From an uncultured Flavobacteriaceae bacterium (GTDB lineage Bacteria; Bacteroidota; Bacteroidia; Flavobacteriales; Weeksellaceae), in contig CAUPCB010000004.1 in assembly GCA_963509715.1 (NCBI GenBank), positions 3,888-67,887 on the forward strand: 64,000 bases of DNA. The letters are read 5' to 3'. The position numbers were made by a program, and so were the translations under genes. The notes beneath the pieces were generated by a model. That model was not told the DNA's origin. It saw only the letters and a list, made by a program, of their open reading frames with translations, and ran no database searches. Below are positions 1-9,356 of the stretch, one piece after another (the stretch's first letter is position 1; every line of letters starts with the position of its first letter).

Positions 1-132
1 TCTTGTTGTATCAACTATTGATACAGTGTTTCTTTCAAATTCAAGCAGATAGGGGTAGGACGAAAGAAACCCTACCACATATAAGAACCAACCAATAATA
101 ATGTAAATAAGTACACTTTTCTTTGAAAACAT
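1..132 (-). CDS. partial CDS: N-terminal 44 codons of a hypothetical membrane protein that continues beyond the window start
   Basis: ATG at 132-130 lies 3 nt after the purA stop. The frame stays open to position 1 (MFSKKSVLIYIIIGWFLYVVGFLSSYPYLLEFERNTVSIVDTTR, one hydrophobic helix). Absent from the ORF track because there is no stop in the window. Confidence 0.3.
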   Translation of the reverse strand, partial: MFSKKSVLIYIIIGWFLYVVGFLSSYPYLLEFERNTVSIVDTTR

Positions 133-135
133 TTT

Positions 136-1422
136 CTAAAAAATTTCTTTTCTTATAATATTCTGGGAACGCTCTGGTCCTACGGAAACCAAATAAACAT
201 TGATACCCAGATACTGTTCTATAAATTCTATGTATTTTTTTGCATTCTCTGGAAGTTCCTCATAGCATCTCACCTTTGTGATGTCTTCCTCCCAGCCTTT
301 TAGTTCTTCATAAATAGGCTCATAATCATAGAGTTTGGTAGTAGAAGAAGTGAAATAATCTATGATTTTCCCGTCTTCTGTACGGTATTTTGTAGCTATT
401 TTCAGTGTATCTATCCCTGTAAGAACATCTAGTTTAGTGATTACCAGATTGTTAATCCCATTAATCATACAAGCATGTTTCAGCGAAACCAAATCCAGCC
501 AGCCTGTTCTTCTCGGTCTGCCCGTTGTCGCACCAAATTCATGCCCTATTTGTCTTATTTTTTCTCCTAAATCATCATTTAGTTCCGTAGGGAAAGGACC
601 ATTTCCTACCCTTGTAGTATAGGCTTTGGCAACTCCTATAAGGTTTTGCAGAGCCGTAGGAGGAACTCCCGCACCGCTACAAACTCCCCCTGTAGAAGGC
701 GATGAAGAAGTCACATAAGGATATGTCCCAAAGTCAATATCCAGCATCAGCGCCTGCGCTCCTTCGAAAAGGATATTTTTGCCGTCTTTTATGGCTTCGT
801 TGATTTCTATTTCAGTGTCGATGATTCGGTCTTTTAGCTTTTGACCAATAGCTAAAAATTCATTATAAATTTCATCAAAACTAAGCGTAGGTTTCCCGAA
901 ATATTTCTCAAATAAAGCATTTTTTATTTTAAGATTTTTCTCTATTTTTCCCCTTAAAACCTCAGGATTTAGAAGGTCTATCATCCTGATGCCCACTCGT
1001 GCGATTTTGTCTTCGTAGCAAGGGCCGATACCCTTTTTGGTCGTACCTATCTGCGTTCCACCCTGCTCTTCCTCTCTATAAGTATCGAGAAGGATATGAT
1101 AAGGCATGATAACATGCGCTCTTCGGCTGATGAATATATGGTCAGTTCTTCCGCCTTTTTCCTCTAATTTTTCTACTTCCGAGATAAAGGCTTTCGGGTC
1201 TACCACCACTCCATTTGCGATGATGCATTTCCCTTTGCATTGGAGAACTCCAGAGGGCAGCAGGTGAAGAACGAATTTTTCATCTCCCACATACACCGTA
1301 TGCCCAGCATTATTCCCGCCTTGGTAGCGGACTACATAATCAGATTTTGCAGAAAGAACATCCGTAATCTTTCCTTTCCCTTCGTCTCCGTACTGAAGAC
1401 CAACAACTACATAAGTTGACAT
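136..1422 (-). CDS. purA: adenylosuccinate synthetase
   Basis: 428-aa ORF with an ATG start. Carries GDEGKGK P-loop, GNNAGHT and TTKKGIGP motifs characteristic of PurA. Confidence 0.95.
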   Translation of the reverse strand: MSTYVVVGLQYGDEGKGKITDVLSAKSDYVVRYQGGNNAGHTVYVGDEKFVLHLLPSGVLQCKGKCIIANGVVVDPKAFISEVEKLEEKGGRTDHIFISRRAHVIMPYHILLDTYREEEQGGTQIGTTKKGIGPCYEDKIARVGIRMIDLLNPEVLRGKIEKNLKIKNALFEKYFGKPTLSFDEIYNEFLAIGQKLKDRIIDTEIEINEAIKDGKNILFEGAQALMLDIDFGTYPYVTSSSPSTGGVCSGAGVPPTALQNLIGVAKAYTTRVGNGPFPTELNDDLGEKIRQIGHEFGATTGRPRRTGWLDLVSLKHACMINGINNLVITKLDVLTGIDTLKIATKYRTEDGKIIDYFTSSTTKLYDYEPIYEELKGWEEDITKVRCYEELPENAKKYIEFIEQYLGINVYLVSVGPERSQNIIRKEIF

Positions 1423-1448
1423 AATTATTTGTTTTTATTGTAATGTGA

Positions 1449-1456
1449 CAAATTTA
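1449..1456 (-). promoter_or_regulatory. Bacteroidota sigma-A -7 box (TAAATTTG) upstream of purA
   Basis: Matches the established Bacteroidetes -7 consensus TAnnTTTG on the minus strand, 27 nt upstream of the purA ATG. Confidence 0.4.
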
Positions 1457-1560
1457 ATTTATAATTTTTTCTAAAACAAATATTCTTTTCATTTAATGTA
1501 TTAAAGTTGATGTATCAAAATTTAATCCTGATTTTTAATAGAAACAAATAATAAAATTCT

Positions 1561-1568
1561 TACTTTTG
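1561..1568 (+). promoter_or_regulatory. -7 box (TACTTTTG) upstream of hpt
   Basis: TAnnTTTG match 15 nt upstream of ATG 1583. Confidence 0.4.
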
Positions 1569-1582
1569 CATTTTGGAAAAAT

Positions 1583-2140
1583 ATGAGCAATATTACAATT
1601 CATGACAAACATTTTGTTCCTTATCTTACCAATGAGGAACTGCAGAAAGTGATAAAAGACCTTGCAGAAAAGGTTTACGAAGACTACAAGGATGAAGTTC
1701 CTGTGTTTATCGGAGTACTGAATGGCGTTTTTATGTTCTTTTCAGACTTTATGAAATATTACCCAGGAAAATGCGAAGTAGCCTTTTTACAAGTAAGTTC
1801 TTACAATGGCGGACTTCAGTCCACGGGTATAGTTTATAAAAAAATGGACTTAACCAAAGATGTAGAGGGCAGACACATTATCTTGATGGAGGACATCGTA
1901 GATACAGGAAATACGATAGAAAGTCTTTTGGAATATTTCAAAAATACACACCGCCCAAAATCTTTGAAAGTAGCTTCTTTGCTGCTAAAACCAGAAGTTT
2001 TCAAGAAAAATTTCAAAATTGATTATGTAGCAAAAGAAATTCCTAATAAATTCGTGCTCGGCTATGGATTAGACTATGATGAACTTGGAAGAAACCTTCC
2101 AGACCTCTATCAGCTCGAAGAAGGAAGAATCAACCACTAA
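1583..2140 (+). CDS. hpt: hypoxanthine phosphoribosyltransferase
   Basis: 185 aa. PRPP-binding motif ILMEDIVDTGNT, with length and layout typical of HPRT. Confidence 0.9.
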   Translation: MSNITIHDKHFVPYLTNEELQKVIKDLAEKVYEDYKDEVPVFIGVLNGVFMFFSDFMKYYPGKCEVAFLQVSSYNGGLQSTGIVYKKMDLTKDVEGRHIILMEDIVDTGNTIESLLEYFKNTHRPKSLKVASLLLKPEVFKKNFKIDYVAKEIPNKFVLGYGLDYDELGRNLPDLYQLEEGRINH

Positions 2141-2161
2141 AAAATAATAACTCTTCATAAA

Positions 2162-2740
2162 ATGATAAATATCGTACTCTTTGGGCCTCCAGGAAGTGGT
2201 AAAGGCACTCAGGCTCAGAATTTAATACAGAAATTCAACTTGAAACAAATCTCCACAGGAGACCTTTTCAGACATAATATCAAGAATGAAACAGAACTTG
2301 GTAAATTAGCCAAATCCTACATGGACAAAGGAGAGCTTGTTCCAGACCAAGTTACCATTGATATGCTTATCGATGAACTTAAAAAACCAACTGATGCTCA
2401 AGGGTTTATCTTCGATGGTTTTCCTAGAACGGCATTCCAGACTGAGGCATTAGAGGATATTGTAAAAAATGTACTGAATGACCAGATTGACATTTGTCTT
2501 TCCCTTGTTGTAGAAGATGAAATCTTGGTAAAAAGGCTTTTGGAACGCGGTAAAACCAGCGGTAGAAGTGATGATGCTGATGAAAACATCATCCGAAACC
2601 GAATAAAAGAATACTACACTAAAACTGCCGAAGTAGCTGAACTTTACAAAAAACAAGGCAAATATGTAGAAGTGAACGGTGTAGGAGAAATCGCAGAAAT
2701 CGCAGAAAAACTCTACGCAGAAGTAGAAAAAATAAAATAA
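2162..2740 (+). CDS. adk: adenylate kinase
   Basis: 192 aa. GPPGSGKGTQ P-loop and the short lid-less form. A terminator follows. Confidence 0.95.
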   Translation: MINIVLFGPPGSGKGTQAQNLIQKFNLKQISTGDLFRHNIKNETELGKLAKSYMDKGELVPDQVTIDMLIDELKKPTDAQGFIFDGFPRTAFQTEALEDIVKNVLNDQIDICLSLVVEDEILVKRLLERGKTSGRSDDADENIIRNRIKEYYTKTAEVAELYKKQGKYVEVNGVGEIAEIAEKLYAEVEKIK

Positions 2741-2750
2741 TCTAAATAAA

Positions 2751-2780
2751 GGCTTTCAACAAAAATTGGAAGCCTTTTTT
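2751..2780 (+). terminator. intrinsic terminator after adk
   Basis: GGCTTTCAA (2751-2759) pairs with TTGGAAGCC (2766-2774), with one G-U pair, followed by T6. Confidence 0.7.
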
Positions 2781-2817
2781 ATATTGCCTATTTTCAGTAG
2801 TTTATCAATTAAATTTT

Positions 2818-2825
2818 TATCTTTG
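2818..2825 (+). promoter_or_regulatory. -7 box (TATCTTTG) upstream of obg
   Basis: TAnnTTTG match 50 nt upstream of ATG 2875, after the adk terminator. Confidence 0.45.
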
Positions 2826-2874
2826 CAGTTGGTTTGAAAAATCTTCAAACCTAAAACATTTCAAAAAAATATCT

Positions 2875-3858
2875 ATGTCAAATTTTGTAGATTATGTTAA
2901 AATCCACTGCCAGTCAGGGCATGGTGGTGCAGGTTCGGCTCATCTTAGAAGAGAAAAATATATAGCAAAAGGCGGCCCTGATGGCGGTGATGGCGGGCGT
3001 GGCGGACATGTCATCATGAAAGGAAATGCACAGGAATGGACACTTCTTCCACTTCGGTATACCCGCCACATAAAGGCAGAAAACGGACAACCAGGGGGCA
3101 AAAACCAGCTCACTGGGCGTTTCGGAGAGGATGTCTATATAGAGGTGCCTGTGGGAACGGTTGCACGAAATGAAAACGGCGAAATATTAGGCGAAATATT
3201 AGAACACGGACAAGAAATCATCCTGATGAAAGGCGGAAAAGGAGGTCTTGGGAATGAGCATTTTAAATCTGCTACCAATCAGACTCCTCGCTATGCGCAG
3301 CCTGGGCTTCCTGGGGAAGAGGGTTATATCATTTTTGAGCTGAAAGTCCTTGCAGATGTAGGTTTGGTAGGCTTTCCTAACGCTGGTAAATCCACGCTTT
3401 TATCCGTGGTTTCGGCAGCAAAACCAAAAATTGCAGATTATGCCTTCACTACACTCACACCCAATTTGGGAATTGTAGAATACAGAAATTACAAATCCTT
3501 TGTAATGGCGGATATTCCAGGGATTATAGAAGGTGCAGCAGAAGGAAGAGGTCTGGGACACAGGTTTTTAAGACATATTGAGCGAAATTCCATTCTTTTA
3601 TTCCTTATCCCAGCGGATTCCAAAAATCATTATGAAGAGTTTAAAATTTTGGAAAACGAATTAAAAGAATACAATCCAGAACTTTTAGATAAAGATTTCA
3701 TCGTATCTGTTTCAAAATCAGACCTTTTGGATGATGAATTAAAGGCTGAAATTTCAGCAGAATTTCCAGAAAAATACAAACCTTTGTTCTTCTCTGGAGT
3801 TACACAAGAGGGGCTTATGGAGCTTAAAGATGTGATTTGGAAACACTTACATGGATAA
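2875..3858 (+). CDS. obg: GTPase ObgE/CgtA
   Basis: 327 aa. Glycine-rich Obg fold (GGDGGRGG), then G domain GFPNAGKST and DIPGIIEGA. Confidence 0.95.
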   Translation: MSNFVDYVKIHCQSGHGGAGSAHLRREKYIAKGGPDGGDGGRGGHVIMKGNAQEWTLLPLRYTRHIKAENGQPGGKNQLTGRFGEDVYIEVPVGTVARNENGEILGEILEHGQEIILMKGGKGGLGNEHFKSATNQTPRYAQPGLPGEEGYIIFELKVLADVGLVGFPNAGKSTLLSVVSAAKPKIADYAFTTLTPNLGIVEYRNYKSFVMADIPGIIEGAAEGRGLGHRFLRHIERNSILLFLIPADSKNHYEEFKILENELKEYNPELLDKDFIVSVSKSDLLDDELKAEISAEFPEKYKPLFFSGVTQEGLMELKDVIWKHLHG

Positions 3859-4867
3859 AATTATGCAGGAAGAAATCCAAACTTACACCGCAAAAGATTT
3901 CGCATCAGACCAAGAGGTAAAATGGTGCCCTGGCTGTGGCGATTATTCTATTTTAAAGCAGGTTCAGAGCATTCTCCCAGAAATCGGCATCAAGAGGGAA
4001 AATATGGTTTTCGTGTCAGGAATCGGCTGTTCATCGCGGTTTCCTTACTATATGAACACCTACGGCATTCATAGCATCCATGGGCGCGCGCCTGCGGTGG
4101 CTACGGGCATCAAACTCGCTAATCCCGAATTGAATGTATGGATCATCACAGGAGACGGCGATGGGCTGAGCATCGGTGGAAACCACTTTATACACCTGAT
4201 GAGGAGGAATTTGGATGTGAATATCCTTCTTTTCAATAATGAAATCTATGGGCTGACCAAAGGGCAATTTTCACCAACTTCCCAGCTTGGTCTGAAAACT
4301 AAATCTTCGCCTTTTGGGGTGATAGACCAGCCTTTTAATCCGCTGAGTCTAGCCTTGGGGAGCGGAGCTACATTTGTCTCGCGAACGCTGGACAGAGAGC
4401 CGAAAAGCCTTCGAGAGGTGCTTCTGGAAGCACAGAAACATAAAGGAACTTCTTTTGTGGAAATTTACCAAAACTGCGTGATTTTCAACGATGGAGTTTT
4501 TGATGAATTTACCAATAAAGCCACCAAAGAAGAGGCAAATCTTTATCTGGAAAACGGAAAACCTTTGAAATTCGGAAAAGATTTATCCAAAGGAATTATT
4601 TTAGAAAATTTTGAACCAAAAATTATTGATATTACCGAAGAGACCGATGAATCAAAGCTTTGGATACATGATGAAACTTCTATCCTAAAAGCCCAAATTT
4701 TGGCAAGGTTTAATTTTGATGAAGAATTTTCTGATTTTCCACGACCTTTCGGTGTTTTTTATAAAAAAAATAGAGCTTCTTACGAAGAAACTTTTACCAA
4801 TCAAGTGGAAAAAAACAAGCCAGATATGCAGCAAATTCTGAACGGAAATATCACATGGACAGTTTAA
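3851..4867 (+). CDS. korB: 2-oxoacid:ferredoxin oxidoreductase, beta (TPP-binding) subunit
   Basis: 338 aa. [19 protein letters not shown] and [15 protein letters not shown]-binding motifs. The ATG overlaps the obg stop by 8 nt. No alpha subunit is adjacent. Confidence 0.8.
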   Translation: MDKIMQEEIQTYTAKDFASDQEVKWCPGCGDYSILKQVQSILPEIGIKRENMVFVSGIGCSSRFPYYMNTYGIHSIHGRAPAVATGIKLANPELNVWIITGDGDGLSIGGNHFIHLMRRNLDVNILLFNNEIYGLTKGQFSPTSQLGLKTKSSPFGVIDQPFNPLSLALGSGATFVSRTLDREPKSLREVLLEAQKHKGTSFVEIYQNCVIFNDGVFDEFTNKATKEEANLYLENGKPLKFGKDLSKGIILENFEPKIIDITEETDESKLWIHDETSILKAQILARFNFDEEFSDFPRPFGVFYKKNRASYEETFTNQVEKNKPDMQQILNGNITWTV

Positions 4868-4880
4868 TTTATATCAAAAA

Positions 4881-5729
4881 ATGGAACGAGTAGCATTTAT
4901 CATCAATCCTTTCTCCGCGAAAAAAGAATACAAACCTTTTGTAGATGATTTAGAAAAAAAGGTAGAAAAGCCATTTTATCTCATTTCTAAATCGATAGAG
5001 GACACTTTTTCTTTCATAGAAAATAATATGGACAAGGTGGATATTTTCGTGGCTGTAGGCGGCGATGGGACGATATCTACGGTGGCTCAGAAGCTCATTA
5101 ACACGGATAAAATTCTCGGAATATTCCCAGCAGGCTCTGGAAATGGTTTTGCGAATGAGAACCATTTTTCTAAAAATATAGACACCCTTCTTTCTAAAAT
5201 TAAAAATAGAAAACACAGAGAAATAGATACTTTTACTATCAATGACAAGCTGTCTATCAACCTTTCTGGAGCGGGATTTGATGGCGAGGTCGCGAAGAAT
5301 TTTGAGAAAACCAGCCGAGGTTTCGCGAATTATATCAAGACCTCTATCAGCACATTTTTTAAGTTTAAACCTATCAATATCAGCTTTGAGGAGAAATATA
5401 AATCTTACAATGGCGAATATCTGATGATGAACCTTGCGAATACCAGACAGTTTGGGAATAATGCTTACATTGCTCCACAGGCGCTGGTAACGGATGGTTT
5501 GGTAGATGTGGTTTTGGTGAAAAAATTTCCTGTGTGGTACGCTGCTCCATTTGCATTGAAAATGTTTGCAAAAACATTGAAACAAGATAAATATTTGACT
5601 TATTTCACTTGTTCAGAACTAGAGTTTTCACTAGATACGGATACTTGGCACATAGATGGCGAGTACAAACAGATTTCCTCACCTGTGAAAGTAAAAGTCC
5701 TTCCTAAAAGTCTGAAAATTTTGATTTAA
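4881..5729 (+). CDS. diacylglycerol/lipid kinase family protein (YegS/BmrU-like)
   Basis: 282 aa. Has the VGGDGT motif of the DAGK catalytic domain and GSGNGFA. Confidence 0.8.
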   Translation: MERVAFIINPFSAKKEYKPFVDDLEKKVEKPFYLISKSIEDTFSFIENNMDKVDIFVAVGGDGTISTVAQKLINTDKILGIFPAGSGNGFANENHFSKNIDTLLSKIKNRKHREIDTFTINDKLSINLSGAGFDGEVAKNFEKTSRGFANYIKTSISTFFKFKPINISFEEKYKSYNGEYLMMNLANTRQFGNNAYIAPQALVTDGLVDVVLVKKFPVWYAAPFALKMFAKTLKQDKYLTYFTCSELEFSLDTDTWHIDGEYKQISSPVKVKVLPKSLKILI

Positions 5730-5737
5730 AAAAATAA

Positions 5738-5765
5738 AAATCTCCCAAATTTGGGAGATTTTCTT
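5738..5765. terminator. bidirectional terminator between the lipid kinase and E2 genes
   Basis: Perfect palindrome ATCTCCCAAA/TTTGGGAGAT (5740-5759), flanked by an A-run and a T-run, between convergent genes. Confidence 0.8.
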
Positions 5766-7094
5766 TTATATTTCTGTATGTAAGTCAAACTCTTCAAGGT
5801 AGTCATTCACTCGTTTTAAGAACAATCCTCCTAGTGAGCCATCCACTACTCTATGGTCGTAGGAATGAGACATGAACATTTTTTGTCGTATTGCTATCAC
5901 ATCTCCTTGTGGCGTTTCTAAAACTGCTGGTTTTTTGACAATCGCTCCTATGGCCAATATCGCAACCTGCGGCTGTGGAATGATAGGTGTTCCCATAAGA
6001 TTTCCGAAAGTCCCTATATTAGAAATAGTATAGGTAGCTCCCTGAATATCCTGCGGACTAAGTTTTTTGTTTCTTGCTTTATCCACTACAGCATTGATAG
6101 CCTTCGCTAAGCCGCTTAGACTAAGCTGGTCAGCATTCTTAATAACAGGAACGATAAGGTTACCATCTGGCAATGCTGTCGCTATTCCTATATTTATATT
6201 TTTTCTTTTGATGATTTTGTCTCCATCTACAGAGATGTTTATCATTGGGAAATCCTGAATTGCCTTTACTACAGCTCTCACGAAGATAGGCATGTAGGTA
6301 AGTTTCTCTCCTTCTCTCTTCTCAAATGAAGACTTGTTTTTGGCTCTCCATTTTACGATGTTTGTAACATCTGTTTCTATAAACGAACTCACATGCGGAG
6401 AAATCTGTTTGCTGAGTAGCATATTTTCAGCGATGATTTTTCTCATTCTATCCATTTGGATAATTTCATCACCTTCATTAGCTGTCACAGCTGGTGCAGA
6501 AGCCTGAACTGGTTTCAGAACTGATGCTGCATTAGATTCTACTGCTTTTGGCTGCTGTGCAGTTTTTGCGTTTCCTCTATTGCTGACAAATTCTAAAATA
6601 TCTTCTTTCGTGATTCTGCCTTCCAGCCCTCTTCCTTGGATACTTTTCAGCTCTTCTTCCGTTATATTTTCTTCTTGGATAATAGACCTTACTAGTGGTG
6701 AAAGATTCATTCCCTCTATACTCACTGGCATAGAAACAGGCACGATTTTAAACGGCTCCTCCAAAAGGTCTACCACTTTATCTTCTACTATTTCTTCTTT
6801 GTTTTCCTCTTCTTTTTTATCAGATTCTGGTTGAGCATCTGCTGTCTCCTCTCCTTGTATTTCTAATATTGCGATAGGTTCTCCCACTTTTGCAACTTGG
6901 TCTTTTTCTACCAAAATCTTAACGATTTTTCCAGAAACAGGTGTGGGAACATCAGAATCCACTTTATCCGTAGCGATTTCTACTACACTATCATCCTCAG
7001 CTACAAAATCTCCTTCTCTAAAAAGCCATTCTATAACGGTTGCCTCCATCACACCTTCTCCCATGGAAGGTAATAACAATTTATATTCTGCCAT
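5766..7094 (-). CDS. 2-oxo acid dehydrogenase E2 component (dihydrolipoamide acyltransferase)
   Basis: 442 aa. N-terminal lipoyl domain (EIATDKVDS), acidic linker, peripheral subunit-binding region, and C-terminal catalytic SYDHRVVDG. Confidence 0.85.
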   Translation of the reverse strand: MAEYKLLLPSMGEGVMEATVIEWLFREGDFVAEDDSVVEIATDKVDSDVPTPVSGKIVKILVEKDQVAKVGEPIAILEIQGEETADAQPESDKKEEENKEEIVEDKVVDLLEEPFKIVPVSMPVSIEGMNLSPLVRSIIQEENITEEELKSIQGRGLEGRITKEDILEFVSNRGNAKTAQQPKAVESNAASVLKPVQASAPAVTANEGDEIIQMDRMRKIIAENMLLSKQISPHVSSFIETDVTNIVKWRAKNKSSFEKREGEKLTYMPIFVRAVVKAIQDFPMINISVDGDKIIKRKNINIGIATALPDGNLIVPVIKNADQLSLSGLAKAINAVVDKARNKKLSPQDIQGATYTISNIGTFGNLMGTPIIPQPQVAILAIGAIVKKPAVLETPQGDVIAIRQKMFMSHSYDHRVVDGSLGGLFLKRVNDYLEEFDLHTEI

Positions 7095-7113
7095 AACTCT
7101 TTATTACAAACCA

Positions 7114-7121
7114 CAAAGATA
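7114..7121 (-). promoter_or_regulatory. -7 box (TATCTTTG) upstream of the E2 gene
   Basis: TAnnTTTG match on the minus strand, 20 nt upstream of ATG 7094. Confidence 0.4.
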
Positions 7122-7227
7122 ACATTTCTTATTGAATTTTTCTAATATCGCTTCTTAAAATTTGATTTTAAATCAATAAATGAGATATTTCATATTTTTA
7201 ATTTTCAGTTAATCTAATGGGATTATC

Positions 7228-7235
7228 TAACTTTG
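7228..7235 (+). promoter_or_regulatory. -7 box (TAACTTTG) upstream of the SulP gene
   Basis: TAnnTTTG match 26 nt upstream of ATG 7261. Confidence 0.4.
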
Positions 7236-7260
7236 CAAATCTTAAAAAAAAGTAAATTTC

Positions 7261-8766
7261 ATGGATAAGATATTACAATTTTTCAACCTTGACCAAAAAA
7301 TCAATTGGAGAATAGAAATTTTAGCGGGACTTACCGTGGCGATGACCATGATTCCAGAGTCTCTTTCTTTTGCTATTTTAGCAGGATTTCCGCCTCTTTC
7401 TGGGCTTTATGCAGCATTCATAGCTGGATTAGTAGCGGCGATGTTTGGCGGTAGACCTGGACTTATTTCGGGGGGCGCTGGGGCTACTGTAGTCACACTC
7501 ATTGGACTTATAAAACTTCATGGTTTAGACTATGCTTTTGCTGCTGTGGCGATGGCTGGGGTTATTCAGCTGATTGTAGGAATTTTTAAATGGGCTAAAT
7601 ACATTCGCCTCGTTCCAAGTTCGGTGATGTATGGCTTTGTAAATGGGCTGGCTGTGATTATTTTTTCGGCTCAGCTGGAACAATTCAAAACTGCTGCACC
7701 TGATGGACAAATGGAATGGCTCACAGGAACACCGATGATGATAATGGCTGGACTGGTGGCTCTTACCATATTGATTACTTGGCTTTTCCCTAAAATCTCA
7801 AAGGCAGTTCCTTCGTCATTGATGGCAATTATTGTAGTATTTACGATTGTTTTAGTTTTCGGAATTGAGACCAAAACCGTGGGTGACATCTCTCCTATCA
7901 GTGGTTCTCTTCCTCCATTTCATATTCCAAATGTTCCTCTGACTTGGGAAACTTTCATGATTATCCTTCCTGCTGGAGCTATAGTCGCTGCTGTGGGGCT
8001 TACAGAGGGGCTTTTGACCTTAAATCTCGTTGATGAAATTACCGAAACCAAAGGAAACGGCTCTCGAGAAAGCCTTGCGCAAGGGGCTTCTAACATCCTA
8101 AACGGCTTTTTTTCAGGGATGGGAGGCTGTCCTATGATTGCGCAGACTCTGGTAAATCTCAATGCTGGTTCTAGAAGCAGAGTTTCTGGGGTTATCGCGG
8201 CTTTGGCTATTCTTATGATTATCCTCATTGCGGCTCCTATTATCGAGAAAATCCCTATGGCTGCGCTTACTGGGGTAATGATGGTAGTTGCATTTTTAAC
8301 CTTTAAATGGTCTAGTTTTAAGATTTTAAATAAAATGCCTAAAACAGATGTTTTCATCATCATTTTAGTAACTGGTATTACCATCATTACGCATAATTTA
8401 GCAGTGGCAGTGCTGACAGGAATCATCATCTCTGGGCTGAATTTCACTTGGCAAAAAGCTAATGAACTCAGCGTAAATACTGAAACTAGTGGTGATGAGA
8501 AAATTTATCATCTAAACTCTGACTTGTTCTTTGGAGCGGTGGCTTCTTTTGAAGGTATTTTTGATATGAAAAATGACCCAAAAACCGTAGTTATTGACTT
8601 CAAAAACAGCGAAATAAAGGATATGAGCGCACTAGAATCTTTAGCCAAAATGACCAATAAATACGCTAGTCTGGATAAAGTTTTATACCTGAAAAATTTA
8701 AATGAAAATTCTAAAAAAAGAGTGGAAAAAGCCAAACCCGTTATTGAATTAAATTTATTGGGCTAA
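7261..8766 (+). CDS. SulP family inorganic anion transporter with C-terminal STAS domain
   Basis: 501 aa. Polytopic hydrophobic core followed by a soluble STAS-like tail of about 100 aa. Confidence 0.85.
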   Translation: MDKILQFFNLDQKINWRIEILAGLTVAMTMIPESLSFAILAGFPPLSGLYAAFIAGLVAAMFGGRPGLISGGAGATVVTLIGLIKLHGLDYAFAAVAMAGVIQLIVGIFKWAKYIRLVPSSVMYGFVNGLAVIIFSAQLEQFKTAAPDGQMEWLTGTPMMIMAGLVALTILITWLFPKISKAVPSSLMAIIVVFTIVLVFGIETKTVGDISPISGSLPPFHIPNVPLTWETFMIILPAGAIVAAVGLTEGLLTLNLVDEITETKGNGSRESLAQGASNILNGFFSGMGGCPMIAQTLVNLNAGSRSRVSGVIAALAILMIILIAAPIIEKIPMAALTGVMMVVAFLTFKWSSFKILNKMPKTDVFIIILVTGITIITHNLAVAVLTGIIISGLNFTWQKANELSVNTETSGDEKIYHLNSDLFFGAVASFEGIFDMKNDPKTVVIDFKNSEIKDMSALESLAKMTNKYASLDKVLYLKNLNENSKKRVEKAKPVIELNLLG

Positions 8767-8794
8767 AATTGGTTTCAAATTTTATCTTTTTGCT

Positions 8795-8802
8795 TACCTT
8801 TG
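8795..8802 (+). promoter_or_regulatory. -7 box (TACCTTTG) upstream of the thioredoxin-fold gene
   Basis: TAnnTTTG match 15 nt upstream of ATG 8817. Supports the trimmed start. Confidence 0.4.
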
Positions 8803-8816
8803 TAAAAATTTGTAAA

Positions 8817-9353
8817 ATGAAAAAGTTAGCTAAATATGCATTGTTCACCCTTGCAATAGTGTCTGCCACGGCTTGTTTCAATGAGAAAAAAGTATACAAT
8901 AGAAGCACAGTATCTGAAAAACATGGGAAAATGCTCCTCGGCAGACAGACCAGAGACCAGCTGAAACAAGAGCCTTTCAATGCGTGGTATGAGGAGGAAT
9001 ACAAAAACTATGAATATGACCCGCAGACCATCAAAGAACTTCAAAAAAAGAATCTGACAAGTCACAATATCATTGTATTTTTTGGGACTTGGTGCGGAGA
9101 TTCACATAGAGAAGTTCCTAGATTGCTGAAAATTTTGGATGCAGTGAAATACCCTGAACAAAGGCTGACCCTAGTAGCCGTAAACAGAAAAAAAGAAACT
9201 CCTGATGGAGAGGATGTCCCTTATAACCTCAAAAGAGTGCCTACTATAATCGTCCAAAATAAATATGGCAAAGAAGTGGGAAGAATCATAGAATCTCCAA
9301 ACAGCGGTTCTTTGGAAAATGATTTATTAGAAATCCTAAACAAAAGCAAATAA
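8817..9353 (+). CDS. thioredoxin-fold lipoprotein (TlpA-like), CxxS active site
   Basis: The track ORF starts at 8769, but MKKLAKYALFTLAIVSATAC (signal plus lipobox) starts at ATG 8817, 15 nt after a TACCTTTG -7 box. Thioredoxin motif reads FGTWCGDSH. Confidence 0.7.
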   Translation: MKKLAKYALFTLAIVSATACFNEKKVYNRSTVSEKHGKMLLGRQTRDQLKQEPFNAWYEEEYKNYEYDPQTIKELQKKNLTSHNIIVFFGTWCGDSHREVPRLLKILDAVKYPEQRLTLVAVNRKKETPDGEDVPYNLKRVPTIIVQNKYGKEVGRIIESPNSGSLENDLLEILNKSK

Positions 9354-9356
9354 GCA

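Noticed and set aside
49-77. GGTAGG ... CCTACC hairpin downstream of purA
   Set aside because: The stem is only 6 bp, there is no U-run, and it lies inside the open partial CDS at 1-132. I did not call it a terminator.
1423-1582. Possible purine riboswitch in the divergent purA/hpt spacer
   Set aside because: The spacer is almost pure A/T with no conserved three-way-junction stems. Only -7 promoter boxes are visible.
4950-5585. 211-aa minus-strand ORF, the longest unexplained ORF in the track
   Set aside because: It lies entirely antisense to the lipid kinase gene, which has a clear GGDGT motif. Its translation is Arg/Phe/Ile/Lys-rich junk with no motif, typical of a shadow ORF in AT-rich coding DNA.
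7920-8447. 175-aa minus-strand ORF
   Set aside because: Antisense shadow of the SulP transporter gene, with no start context or motif.
8769-8816. N-terminal extension of the thioredoxin-fold ORF; the same problem occurs at 25146-25223 (rlmH), 51445-51507 (speA), 54149-54178, 41501-41512 and 19936-19944
   Set aside because: The extensions either start at non-ATG codons (TTG) or add hydrophobic nonsense upstream of a canonical family N-terminus or signal peptide. Some also run through predicted -7 boxes. I trimmed these to the internal ATG.
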